Origin: a virus | Reading direction: 5' to 3' (one strand) | Virus genome (UHGV): UHGV-0294267 | Length of the DNA stretch: 43,190 bases | Shown: positions 1 through 8,070 of the stretch, one piece after another | How the letters are laid out: every line of letters starts with the position of its first letter | How positions within the stretch are numbered: position 1 is the stretch's first letter | Notes under the pieces: model-generated | What the model saw: the letters and a program-made list of their open reading frames with translations, nothing else | Database searches by the model: none | Told to the model about the DNA's origin: nothing | Program-made: the position numbers and the translations under genes

Positions 1-51
1 AAATCCCTCGGCGTTCGCGCTGTGCGGGTTCAAGTCCCGCTCCGGGTACCA
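1..51 (+). tRNA. tRNA-Leu, 3' portion only (leuZ/UAA-type; window starts inside the gene); prophage attachment site
   Basis: Bases 1-51 (AAATCCCTCGGCGTTCGCGCTGTGCGGGTTCAAGTCCCGCTCCGGGTACCA) match the 3' part of enterobacterial tRNA-Leu(UAA) as I recall it, including the variable arm, T-arm GCGGG-TTCAAGT-CCCGC, the acceptor 3' strand, discriminator A and CCA at 49-51. An integrase gene lies immediately downstream. Confidence 0.7.
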
Positions 52-93
52 TTGGGATAAAGCAGAATAATCAAAGCAATAAGCAGTGTCGTG

Positions 94-117
94 AAACCAC
101 CTACGGGTGGTTTTTTT
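94..117 (+). terminator. rho-independent terminator downstream of tRNA-Leu
   Basis: Hairpin AAACCACC-TACG-GGTGGTTT followed by a run of seven T (111-117). Confidence 0.6.
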
Positions 118-181
118 GTATCTGAAACTCTCCTTTCCGAAGATGCGTCCGAAGATGATTTTTCCGCGAACGCATAGCGAT

Positions 182-1198
182 TCATTTTTTCTGACCACCA
201 ACAACCGGCACAATTTTAGTTTTCCTGTCGTAAATCGCCGTTTGTCTCGAATTCTTATGGCCTGAAATCGCCTGTTTCTCCTCGAGGCTTCCTTCCAGAT
301 CAGAGACACCTTTCGCTTTCAGATCGTGGAAAGTGAAATCTATCTGCAGGTGTGGGTTCTTTTCCTGCGCTGCGATTTTCGCGTCGCGCCAGCGTGAATT
401 AAAACCGTCGCGGGTGTATTTGCTGCCGCTGGTCTGGTGAATGACAAACAGGCTACGGATGCCCGGCTTTAACGGCAGGGAACGGGCGAGGGCGACAGCA
501 GCGCGCAGGCGTGGCGACCATGCTTTGATTTGCTTCACGCCTGTTTTTCCCTGGCGGATAAAGATCCCGGTTTCGCGTATCTGGTCTTCAGTCAAAGCCA
601 GCACATCGCTTTGTCTGGCCAGACACAAATAAGCGATTTCCATGGTGGCGCGAACTACGTCCGGAGCAACATCGTAAACCGCTTTGTATTCTTCGTCGGT
701 GATGTAACGCTCTCGGGCTGTCTCTTTGAACTTCTTAACGCCCTGACAGGGATTATGCTGGACGTAACCACGCTCATAACCCCAGCGGAATACCCGCGAA
801 AGAAAACTCTTTTCCCGGTTGGCCTGCGTTTTACTGGCCATGCCACGCTGATCCATATAGCGCCGGATGTGTTCTGGTTTAATTTTATCCGGGTTAACCT
901 TCCCGAATACCGGCAACACTTTGCCTGCGTATTTCGTGTAGTCTTTTCGGGTTTCTGCCGCTAAATCCTGCCAGTCTGGGGAAGACATGAATTGCTCGGC
1001 CAGAGCCTGAAACGTCTTGCGCTCGACTTCTTCTCCCATGGCTTTTTCATATGCCAGCCATACAGCTGATTGAGGCTCGGAGAGCGCACATAGCCTGATA
1101 GCCTTGTTATCTTTATTCCTGAATTCATACGCCGCCTTACCGCGATACACGCGGGGCGGCATCCAGTTATCAGCGGGGTTCTTACGTTTTCCGGCCAT
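182..1198 (-). CDS. int: tyrosine integrase (phage integrase family)
   Basis: 338-aa ORF beside the tRNA attachment site. The C-terminal region has the tyrosine-recombinase catalytic residues pattern (R...HDLK...GH..SR.TAIY). ATG at 1198. It overlaps xis by 17 nt, as in lambdoid int-xis pairs. Confidence 0.9.
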   Translation of the reverse strand: MAGKRKNPADNWMPPRVYRGKAAYEFRNKDNKAIRLCALSEPQSAVWLAYEKAMGEEVERKTFQALAEQFMSSPDWQDLAAETRKDYTKYAGKVLPVFGKVNPDKIKPEHIRRYMDQRGMASKTQANREKSFLSRVFRWGYERGYVQHNPCQGVKKFKETARERYITDEEYKAVYDVAPDVVRATMEIAYLCLARQSDVLALTEDQIRETGIFIRQGKTGVKQIKAWSPRLRAAVALARSLPLKPGIRSLFVIHQTSGSKYTRDGFNSRWRDAKIAAQEKNPHLQIDFTFHDLKAKGVSDLEGSLEEKQAISGHKNSRQTAIYDRKTKIVPVVGGQKK

Positions 1199-1427
1199 TA
1201 AAGATAGCTCCGAAGTCTGGTTCTTCCTCCCGCACCGTCTCTTCCTGCTGGTTGCGGTATTTAATCGGGTTCAGGAAATGGCCCCACGTCGTTTTAGGAT
1301 GGCCGTCTGCCCTTTCCATGAAAAAGACACCGGCCCGGCGTAGCGCTTCACACTGCCTCGATTTAAGTGGGGTCCCCGTCAGTTCGATCATTTCCTCTCT
1401 GGTGATGATGTCGTGATCGTGTCTCAT
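1182..1427 (-). CDS. xis: excisionase-like protein (Xis)
   Basis: 81-aa ORF immediately upstream of and overlapping int. The sequence MIELTGTPLKSRQCEALRRAGVFF is typical of small excisionase-like proteins. Translation start carries the motif GAGGAAAGACC-ATG. Confidence 0.65.
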   Translation of the reverse strand: MRHDHDIITREEMIELTGTPLKSRQCEALRRAGVFFMERADGHPKTTWGHFLNPIKYRNQQEETVREEEPDFGAIFNGRKT

Positions 1428-1581
1428 GGTCTTTCCTCAGCATGCCGGCTATCGCGTTGTCTGCCGTATCGCAAGCGCGTTGGATATCGGACTGGGTCAG
1501 AGTCCTCTTTCTAACGCTGGCTGATAGCCTGCCAATTTTGATATCGAAATCTGAAAGTAAAAGTGTGCCTGGTTGCCAACG

Positions 1582-1622
1582 TAGCATTGTGATCTCCGGT
1601 TCATAGGTAGATCACAATGCTA
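1582..1622. repeat. perfect 14-bp inverted repeat (TAGCATTGTGATCT - 13 bp - AGATCACAATGCTA)
   Basis: Read directly. It lies in the 210-bp non-coding gap between the 61-aa gene and xis on the leftward transcript. Confidence 0.6.
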
Positions 1623-1636
1623 ACGACAGTTGCGGG

Positions 1637-1822
1637 TTATTTCTGATTAGGCTTAATCAGGTTTGGTTTATTCCGGAACGCACCATTTTCGCGGGTGATT
1701 TTGGCACTGCGCGGGAAATGCATAGCCAGTTCGCAACGCGCGCAGGCTTCGATTATCCCGTTAGTACCGTCCGGAAAAACGACGTGAAGCGCATCGCCTC
1801 GTTTCAGTGTGAGTTTCAGCAT
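1637..1822 (-). CDS. hypothetical small early protein (61 aa)
   Basis: The track ORF 1637..1858 starts at TTG. An in-frame ATG at 1822 sits 1 nt after the Gp157-like stop codon, which suggests translational coupling. No recognisable domain. Confidence 0.45.
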   Translation of the reverse strand: MLKLTLKRGDALHVVFPDGTNGIIEACARCELAMHFPRSAKITRENGAFRNKPNLIKPNQK

Positions 1823-1823
1823 A

Positions 1824-2384
1824 TCAGCGCACCTGCAGCGAACGTTCGCCAATCTCAAGGTGAGCGCCCGGCACTGGGTTTAACAGTTCTTCCGGTATCT
1901 CTCCGCCGTCAGCGGTAATCTGGGCCGCTGCTGCCTGTGCTGATTCAATCGCTTCCTTGATGGCCTTTTTATCGGGCGCGATAACAACCTGAGTAGTCAC
2001 CAGTTCATCGGGAAGAAGATCGGTATTATCAATCACAACGCTTATGCTACCTTTGCGAGCGGTGAAAGTGTTTTTTGCCGTTTTCAGCTTATCCAACCCG
2101 GCCGCCATCAGGCAGGAGAGAATATACTTTCGCAGAGCCTTATCCTTATTCTCAAAGGACTTCTTTCGTTCGGCCAGGCGTTTTATTTCATCATCGCAGG
2201 TGCTGGCATTGCCGAGGTTATTACGTGCGATAACCATGATGGAATCCAGTTTATCGGCCAGTTCTCCTTCCATGCCTTCAAGGGTATCGGCGATCATTTC
2301 CGGAGTCAGGTCATCAGAGCTTTCCAGCAGTTGCAGCAGGTTCTGATAATCCGCGGCGATGGCAATAGCAGTAGTGGAAGTCAT
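1824..2384 (-). CDS. Siphovirus Gp157-like protein
   Basis: 186 aa, acidic and alpha-helical. Its position between the annealing-protein gene and xis and my recollection of the Sipho_Gp157 family suggest the call. The ATG at 2384 overlaps the upstream gene's stop as TAATG. Confidence 0.45.
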   Translation of the reverse strand: MTSTTAIAIAADYQNLLQLLESSDDLTPEMIADTLEGMEGELADKLDSIMVIARNNLGNASTCDDEIKRLAERKKSFENKDKALRKYILSCLMAAGLDKLKTAKNTFTARKGSISVVIDNTDLLPDELVTTQVVIAPDKKAIKEAIESAQAAAAQITADGGEIPEELLNPVPGAHLEIGERSLQVR

Positions 2385-4543
2385 TATGCTTTCTCCTCAG
2401 ATTTATTAAGTTCGGCGATACGTCCATTTTTGATATCAGTGAGACGGCGCAACCGGCTACTGAGGTGGCGGGAGCGCTGTGTGTCTCCTTTTGATTCTGC
2501 ATCCTTGCGGTGAACTTCGAGTTCTCGGGCGATAGGGGCAAACACCTTGTTAATTTCGTTCACCGATACAGCGTTTGCGAGGGTATTGGCGTTGCGGGTT
2601 AGTTTGTCGTCGAACTCCTGACGCAACCGAGCTGCATCTTCGGCAGTTTCGCTGGCGTTCTTGAGGTCAAACTCTGCTTTGTTTTCTTGCGTATAATTAG
2701 CATTATCGTACCAGCCTAAATATACATCAGCAGAGAATCCGAGCATGGACAGGGCTTTTTTAATCGCATCTGTCAGGCTTTTTTTCAGTACCTCTCCATC
2801 GGAAACAATCCTTTTAGTAGCTTTGTATAGATAAGGTGTCGCGCCGTAAGCCTCAATAGACGATATGCCGTTTTCTGTGCGGTACCAGAAGTCGATTTTT
2901 ATAGAGTGATTTTGTTCATAAACAAGCGAACCATCTGCATCACGAAGAACAGTCATGCGTACGAACTTATCTTTTTCATAAATGGCCTCGGTCATTGGTG
3001 CGCCGGGGATCATTTTTTCCTCCATAACTTTATATCCCCAGCCTTTACCAGCTGGACCGAATATTTCCGTTGCTCGCATAAACATATATTCAGCGGTGAT
3101 TGTGGTAGCTTTGAAACCGCCAATATCAAGAGGTTTAGTGTACTGTGGGTCAGTTCGCATGACCCGGCGCCATATATCCAGATTGTCGCGCTCACTATCT
3201 GATTTCTGCTCAATGAATTTTTCTATTTCTACGGCGCGCTGTTGGAAATCATCTGACACGATTCGCTCGGCTAATTGTTCTGCATCACCTGCTATTTTTT
3301 CAGCCTTAACGCTTAACTTCTCTTCCGGTTCTGCATCCTCACCAGATGCATATACGCCATAGCCCATATCGTTGAGAGTTTCACGCGCCTGTTTCGCCTG
3401 GATATCTGTAACAACCGGCGGCGGCACTTCCGCTTTTTTGCCCACGTTTGAGGCGGTATTTTGAATCGCCTCTGGTTGTTTAACGGATCCTGTCTCGATT
3501 TCTTCAAAGCGGCCGTTTGCCTCCAGCCATGAATCGATGTGGCGCCGCAGGCTGTCAGGGAAATGGTAGGTATCTTTCGCCGGTACGTTCTGCACCACAC
3601 CGAAGATGCTGGCGCGGTCGTATTTGAGTATCTGCGGAGTGGTGTGCAGCGATGCTGACCAGCGTTTAAAATCTTCCCGGTCATCGGAAATCATCTTCTT
3701 AGCGTCCAGAAGGTTTCCGGATAGTACCGGCGCATCAGGCGCCAGCGGGAGAAGGGCGGTAGCGATCTCCTGATCCAGCGTTGCATAAGTGTGTTTATAC
3801 CCGCGCTTAGAAATAACCACCGGCGTTTTATTGTCATCGGTGCTGGTGCTGAGAGCGGTATTTTTATATACGCCGGGGGCCAGTTCGTCGCGCTTGCCCG
3901 GATTCTCAAGCCAGCGTTTAACGAACTGAGAGATAGCCGCTTTGCCTGGCGTCTGGTTTTCAAAGTGGGAGAAAATCCCCTGAACAAGGTTATTCAGACC
4001 TTCCACATGCATGCTTTGAACCGGGAAGTTATTTTGCAGGGCGCACAGCACATTAAAGTTAAAGCGTTCTTCCTCTTCAAATTCCCCATCGTGGTTTTTC
4101 AGGTTATCCAGATAATCCACAACCTGAGAATAAAGATGGCCGTCAATCGCCGCGGTGCTAAAAAGCAGGACGGCAGCAAAGCGTTCCTCTGCGGAAACGG
4201 TCATCAGGTCGATCACTTCATCGTCTGCAGGTAAACCTGCACTGCTTCCGGAAGCGCTATCCTGCGCAGTAGAAACCCATTTTTCACCGTCAAAAGTATG
4301 CTGCTGGGCGAATGACTCATCGAACTGGCCAACGGTCGGCAGCGGCTGGCCTTCAACGTGTTCCCAAAGTTTCGGTTTGAAATAGTTGTCACCATTGGCC
4401 GGGTATGATTCCCAGAGTTTGCCGGTCATAATGCTTTCGGCCACTTTTTTGTTTGGCGCATCGATGGCGATCGCCAGCTGCACGGCGCCGCAGTCTTTAA
4501 TCGCCGATTTCTTTGGCTCAAATAAGCCGTTGTAGATGGTCAT
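2384..4543 (-). CDS. 719-aa protein carrying a Rad52/Rad22-family single-strand annealing domain in its C-terminal third, fused to a roughly 470-aa N-terminal region of unknown function
   Basis: Residues from about 470 (FKATTITAEYMFMRATEIFGPAGKGWGYKV...SMLGFSADVYLGWYDN) resemble Rad52-type phage annealing proteins. The start was reassigned to the ATG at 4543 (MTIYNG...), which is preceded by GAGGAAAGACCA. The N-terminal 470 aa are unrecognised. Confidence 0.55.
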   Translation of the reverse strand: MTIYNGLFEPKKSAIKDCGAVQLAIAIDAPNKKVAESIMTGKLWESYPANGDNYFKPKLWEHVEGQPLPTVGQFDESFAQQHTFDGEKWVSTAQDSASGSSAGLPADDEVIDLMTVSAEERFAAVLLFSTAAIDGHLYSQVVDYLDNLKNHDGEFEEEERFNFNVLCALQNNFPVQSMHVEGLNNLVQGIFSHFENQTPGKAAISQFVKRWLENPGKRDELAPGVYKNTALSTSTDDNKTPVVISKRGYKHTYATLDQEIATALLPLAPDAPVLSGNLLDAKKMISDDREDFKRWSASLHTTPQILKYDRASIFGVVQNVPAKDTYHFPDSLRRHIDSWLEANGRFEEIETGSVKQPEAIQNTASNVGKKAEVPPPVVTDIQAKQARETLNDMGYGVYASGEDAEPEEKLSVKAEKIAGDAEQLAERIVSDDFQQRAVEIEKFIEQKSDSERDNLDIWRRVMRTDPQYTKPLDIGGFKATTITAEYMFMRATEIFGPAGKGWGYKVMEEKMIPGAPMTEAIYEKDKFVRMTVLRDADGSLVYEQNHSIKIDFWYRTENGISSIEAYGATPYLYKATKRIVSDGEVLKKSLTDAIKKALSMLGFSADVYLGWYDNANYTQENKAEFDLKNASETAEDAARLRQEFDDKLTRNANTLANAVSVNEINKVFAPIARELEVHRKDAESKGDTQRSRHLSSRLRRLTDIKNGRIAELNKSEEKA

Positions 4544-4587
4544 TGGTCTTTCCTCTTGGTTTCTGGCGCAGGTCACGCGCCGGTTAA

Positions 4588-4911
4588 TTAAAACGGTACG
4601 TCGCTTTCTTCAATCGGAGAGTGATCGATGCACAGCAGCTGCTGAATCTGGTCTTCAATAACACCCAATTCCTTCTTTGCTTCGGCAGAGATTTTCTCTT
4701 TCTTCGCGCGAAGGGCATTAACCTGCATACCAATAATGTCGATTGGCTCTAAAGCCGGAATAGGAACCTCTACCGTTTTGGTAGTAACGAGGACATACAG
4801 ATCAGGGTATTGCTGTGACATGTCACAGGTGAATGAGTGATAAGACGTTGGTAGATATGGGTTCGTTGTGGCCATAACGTAAACAGTTACGGGGATGGTA
4901 AGCGCTTCCAT
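4588..4911 (-). CDS. hypothetical early protein (107 aa) with an SSB-like C-terminal tail (..IEESDVPF)
   Basis: ATG at 4911 with an AAGGAG ribosome-binding site 6 nt upstream. It is the first gene of the leftward early operon. The C-terminus ends in an acidic stretch plus PF, like the protein-interaction tails of SSBs. Confidence 0.55.
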   Translation of the reverse strand: MEALTIPVTVYVMATTNPYLPTSYHSFTCDMSQQYPDLYVLVTTKTVEVPIPALEPIDIIGMQVNALRAKKEKISAEAKKELGVIEDQIQQLLCIDHSPIEESDVPF

Positions 4912-5073
4912 AGCGACTCCTTGATGATGTATACTCAGAGCCGATCAGTGTTGACTCCGTCGGCATTGGTCTTTCCTAATCGCCGGGGTGGTTCCCGGCA
5001 AAATCCGAATGGTTTGGTCACCGTTCGGGGTAACTGGCCCGCCTTGTGCGGGCCTTTTGCCATCTAAAGGTTG

Positions 5074-5170
5074 CCGGTCTTTCCCGGCTGTCAGGGCTGG
5101 TCAGGCCCGCAGGTCTTTCCTCCCGGTCTTTCCCGGCGTCAGAGCTGGTCAGGCTCACTGGTCTTTCCTC
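5074..5170. repeat. two tandem ~48-bp direct repeats, each with two copies of GGTCTTTCC (GGAAAGACC on the leftward transcript)
   Basis: The units are 5074-5122 and 5123-5170: CCGGTCTTTCCCGGC(T)GTCAG(G/A)GCTGGTCAGGC(CCGCA/TCACT)GGTCTTTCCTC. Further copies of GGTCTTTCC lie at 4968-4976, 5292-5300 and (variant CGTCTTTCC) 5342-5350. Confidence 0.8.
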
Positions 5171-5234
5171 ACGGGGTCCCTCTTTTCGAGGGCTTCAGTT
5201 TTCACTGAAGGGTCGCATAAATCGTTACTGTGTT

Positions 5235-5259
5235 AAAAAAATGCCCGGGGCGCCCGGGC
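5235..5259 (-). terminator. rho-independent terminator on the minus strand inside the repeat/leader region
   Basis: Perfect hairpin GCCCGGG-CGC-CCCGGGC (5243-5259 on the plus strand). On the minus strand it is followed by AT plus six T (complement of the A run 5235-5240). Confidence 0.55.
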
Positions 5260-5491
5260 CAAGACTACACACAGCAATTCGTATTCGTTGCGGTCTTTCC
5301 CGCATGTCATCGTACTGTCGGCGACCCGAAGAATTCGCGCCCGTCTTTCCGGACTGTCAGAACTGTTTCTGAACAACTGCCGCGTGGTTTGTGCGTCGTT
5401 GATGTGATGAATATTAGAATTGAGCATATTTTAGGTCAAGAAGAAAATACTCGTAAAAATAATATTAATTATATGCCATTGATTGATAAGC

Positions 5492-5516
5492 GAAAAAAAA
5501 TCCCGGCTTGCGGGAT
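5492..5516 (-). terminator. rho-independent terminator of the repressor gene
   Basis: Minus-strand hairpin ATCCCG-CAAGC-CGGGAT followed by eight T (A run 5493-5500 on the plus strand). It sits 20 nt after the repressor stop codon. Confidence 0.7.
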
Positions 5517-5535
5517 TCTTTAATTGGAGGGGGAT

Positions 5536-6000
5536 TTATTGCTTTCTTGCTGCGAGTAACTCTTCAAATAAACGGTCAAAACCAACTACTTTATCTTTTA
5601 ATTCAGATAGATGCCTTTCTTTTTCACTTTGAGGAAGTCTTTCATACAGCTCGATGAGTTCGGCTTCTTCTGGCTTCAACAGACGCCACCCTGCTGACGA
5701 ATAATCATCAACGTGTGTACCCGATTTTCGAACATAGTTCATCAGTTCGGCCAGATCGGGACGTAGGTCCTCAGGTTTTACTCCCAGCAAAGCTGCGAAC
5801 TTTAGAGCGGCGTCGGTGTTTAGCGGAATATTACCGTTCAGATAGTGGCTGACAGTAGCCTGTGTACTGAAGCCAAGTGCATCCGCCGCCTTTTCTTGTG
5901 TAAGGCGTAAAGTTACTTTTTTTTCGTTCCAGATGTCCCGGAGACGTTGAGCGGTTTCTGATTCATCCGCGTCGAGTGTTTTTTTTCTCATGGCGTCCAT
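5536..6000 (-). CDS. prophage repressor, HTH (XRE/cI-like) DNA-binding domain, no S24 peptidase domain
   Basis: 154 aa. An N-terminal helix-turn-helix (LTQEKAADALGFSTQATVSHYLNG) is present. It is divergent from a cro-like gene across a 99-bp promoter region. At 154 aa it is too short to hold a LexA/cI-type autocleavage domain. An alternative start is the ATG at 5991. Confidence 0.75.
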   Translation of the reverse strand: MDAMRKKTLDADESETAQRLRDIWNEKKVTLRLTQEKAADALGFSTQATVSHYLNGNIPLNTDAALKFAALLGVKPEDLRPDLAELMNYVRKSGTHVDDYSSAGWRLLKPEEAELIELYERLPQSEKERHLSELKDKVVGFDRLFEELLAARKQ

Positions 6001-6039
6001 ATTATTCGCAAAATTAATTTACGCCCAATCGCATAAGTA

Positions 6040-6069
6040 TTGACACCCAGATATTATTAAAACTAATAT
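6040..6069 (+). promoter_or_regulatory. candidate PR-like promoter for the cro-like gene (TTGACA - 18 bp - TAATAT), with the inverted repeat AATATTA-N7-TAATATT as a candidate operator
   Basis: The -35/-10-like hexamers are read directly from the divergent intergenic region 6001-6099. An AGGAGG ribosome-binding site lies at 6089-6094. Confidence 0.4.
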
Positions 6070-6099
6070 TCATGTGTCACATACATCTCAGGAGGACAT

Positions 6100-6333
6100 A
6101 TGGATCTTAAAACCTATCTAAAGACCTCTGGCGTTCGCCAGCAGGATTTCGCTCAAGTCGTTGGCGAGACGCAGGGCTATGTCAGTCGCGTTGCATCAGG
6201 AAAATGCCTGCTTGGTGCTGCAACTGCATTGAAATGGGCCGCTGCAACTGGCTATCAAGTAACACCGCATGATCTACTCCCCAATATTTACCGAAAACCA
6301 ACTGACGGACTGCCGGAACAGAATGCAGCTTAA
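6100..6333 (+). CDS. Cro-like HTH regulator
   Basis: 77-aa ORF divergent from the repressor, with a strong ribosome-binding site and an HTH (RQQDFAQVVGETQGYVSRVASG). Confidence 0.7.
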   Translation: MDLKTYLKTSGVRQQDFAQVVGETQGYVSRVASGKCLLGAATALKWAAATGYQVTPHDLLPNIYRKPTDGLPEQNAA

Positions 6334-6395
6334 CAATCTGCGTTATCGAAATCTGATTACGCTTAATCAATTTTCAGCGACAGGAGACGCTCGAA

Positions 6396-6842
6396 GTGGA
6401 ATACCTCGAAGAACTTAAACGAGAGATCTTTAACTGGGCAGCGGAAAGCGGGCAGGAGCTGGTTGCTATCGAGATAAGCCGCATGTGGTTTCGTCTTGGG
6501 GGTAATACCGGTTCGCTGAAGCTGCACCAGATCGAAGATGCAGATGGAAACGCCGACTGGCGGGCAATCAACAACAACCGCCAACAAATTTTTCGTTGGT
6601 TGCGAGGCGAGACCAAAGCCGCGAGAGCCAAAACTCTGGCGCTGGTCAAAGCGATGGAAGCGGCGCTGCCGGCAGAGCGTTACGCTCGCTTGGGTATGTC
6701 CACCCAGTATTTAATTTGTGTGGCCATTCGTGAGTTTGCCGCGGCGATTATCGCGTTGTTACTCGACGCCAGAGATGGGCCGCAGCAAGTCGCTAGAGCA
6801 TTGCAAGCTATGCGAGAAACACAACGCCTGACCAGCGTTTAA
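6396..6842 (+). CDS. CII-like phage regulatory protein (CP76/YdaT-like family, tentative)
   Basis: 148 aa, GTG start after an AGGAGA site. Its position directly downstream of cro, and motifs such as IFRWLRGETK recalled from CII(CP76)/YdaT-type proteins, support the call. Confidence 0.4.
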   Translation: MEYLEELKREIFNWAAESGQELVAIEISRMWFRLGGNTGSLKLHQIEDADGNADWRAINNNRQQIFRWLRGETKAARAKTLALVKAMEAALPAERYARLGMSTQYLICVAIREFAAAIIALLLDARDGPQQVARALQAMRETQRLTSV

Positions 6843-6862
6843 CCTGTACCGAGGAAAGACCA

Positions 6863-7084
6863 ATGAGAACACAAGACCGCATCACCTGGCGGAATGGGTT
6901 TCGCCGGAACGGGGTACAAGTCCCGATGGAAGATATCGAATCGATTTTCGAAGAGCGTCGCGCTACTGCGCTGACAATCTGGGAACGCTATGAACTGCGC
7001 AAGGCAGATCTGCAGGAAGCGGGACTCACCCAGAAAGAATACGAAATCGCCTGCCGTCAGCTGGCTGACTCGCTGGGGATCTGA
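6863..7084 (+). CDS. hypothetical protein (73 aa)
   Basis: ORF whose start carries the motif CCGAGGAAAGACCAATG. No known domain. Confidence 0.5.
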   Translation: MRTQDRITWRNGFRRNGVQVPMEDIESIFEERRATALTIWERYELRKADLQEAGLTQKEYEIACRQLADSLGI

Positions 7085-7086
7085 CT

Positions 7087-8070
7087 ATGAGTATGACGCT
7101 TATGGCCAAAGCAATGGCAATCAAGACCGGAAACCCGATTCGAAAACTGGTGCTGATCAAACTGGCTGATAACGCCAATGATTCCGGCGAATGCTGGCCG
7201 TCTTACAAACATATTGCGGATCACTGCGAGTGCAGCAAAAGCGCGGTGCGTGACCATATCGATGCGTTAATTTCTATGGGCCTGCTGGTGAAAGAAAACC
7301 GCCCGGGCGTAAAAAACGGGAAGGGTAACGCGTCGAATTTGTACTGTATGAAACTTGATAACCCTATGCCGCCAAAAAGCATAGCCCCTATGCCGTCAAA
7401 AAGCACAGGTATGCCGCCAAAAAGCATAGCCCCTATGCCGTGTGGCGGCACCAGAACCAGTCACTCTTTTGAACCAGTCATAGAACCTATAGATCCCCCT
7501 AACCCCCAGGAGGGGGAAGGCGATGAAAAAATTAATTCTGATGCTAAAAAAGCACTGGAATTTTACAACGAGCAAACCGGTACCCGCTGCCGTGACCTGA
7601 AACCGTTTGTGCTGATGCTGACGCCGACCACCACCCGGGCAGGATACACGCTGGACGAATTGCAGTTAGTTATCCGCTGGGTGCTGGCCACATGGCGCCG
7701 CCGTGGCGATAGCCTGCCGAAGCCTGCGAACATCTGCCGGGTAAACCGCTTTGATGGTTATCTCGCTGACGCTGAAGCATGGGCGGTGACCGAAACCGAT
7801 ATTGATCCGGAAGCCGTTATGAACGGCTACAACGAAATTTTTGCTGACGTTCTGCCTGCTGCTGAACTGGACACCGACCGGCGCCGGATGATCACCCGTC
7901 TTGCCGCCCACATGAAAAACAAAACCACGGGCGCATTTCTGGGTTATTTCGAAAAATTCCGCGCTGACGCCTCCGATTTTTACTTTGGTGAAAATGGCGG
8001 ATGGCGCGCCAGCTTTGACTATCTGATGAAACCAGAAACATTGCGTAAGACCAGGGAGGGCGCTCTATGA
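7087..8070 (+). CDS. replication initiation protein (lambda O-like), containing internal iterons
   Basis: 327 aa. The N-terminal replication-protein HTH region (KLVLIKLADNANDSGECWPSYKHIADHC...) resembles phage replisome-organizer proteins. It lies immediately upstream of the helicase gene, with an overlapping stop/start. Confidence 0.65.
   Translation: MSMTLMAKAMAIKTGNPIRKLVLIKLADNANDSGECWPSYKHIADHCECSKSAVRDHIDALISMGLLVKENRPGVKNGKGNASNLYCMKLDNPMPPKSIAPMPSKSTGMPPKSIAPMPCGGTRTSHSFEPVIEPIDPPNPQEGEGDEKINSDAKKALEFYNEQTGTRCRDLKPFVLMLTPTTTRAGYTLDELQLVIRWVLATWRRRGDSLPKPANICRVNRFDGYLADAEAWAVTETDIDPEAVMNGYNEIFADVLPAAELDTDRRRMITRLAAHMKNKTTGAFLGYFEKFRADASDFYFGENGGWRASFDYLMKPETLRKTREGAL
7364..7442. other. 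candidate origin of replication: four ~23-bp iterons, (C)TATGCCG(C/T)CAAAAAGCA(T/C)AG, inside the O-like gene, followed by an A/T-richer stretch
   Basis: Direct repeats at 7364, 7388, 7410 and 7433 (the last one partial). Each has CTATGC/GCATAG dyad ends. They encode the peptide repeats MPPKSIAPMP. Lambda ori has the same arrangement. Confidence 0.5.

Noticed and set aside
5074-5170. Possibility that the tandem repeats are a CRISPR array
   Set aside because: There are only two adjacent units, with no unique spacers. The repeated element is shared with gene start sites elsewhere.
4988-5427. Track ORFs 4988..5236 (+), 5046..5372 (+) and 5233..5427 (-) in the repeat region
   Set aside because: They run through GC-rich tandem repeats and terminator hairpins. 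They have no ribosome-binding sites and show repeat-driven low-complexity translations (PGQAG, SFLPVFPGVRAGQA). They are most likely non-coding.
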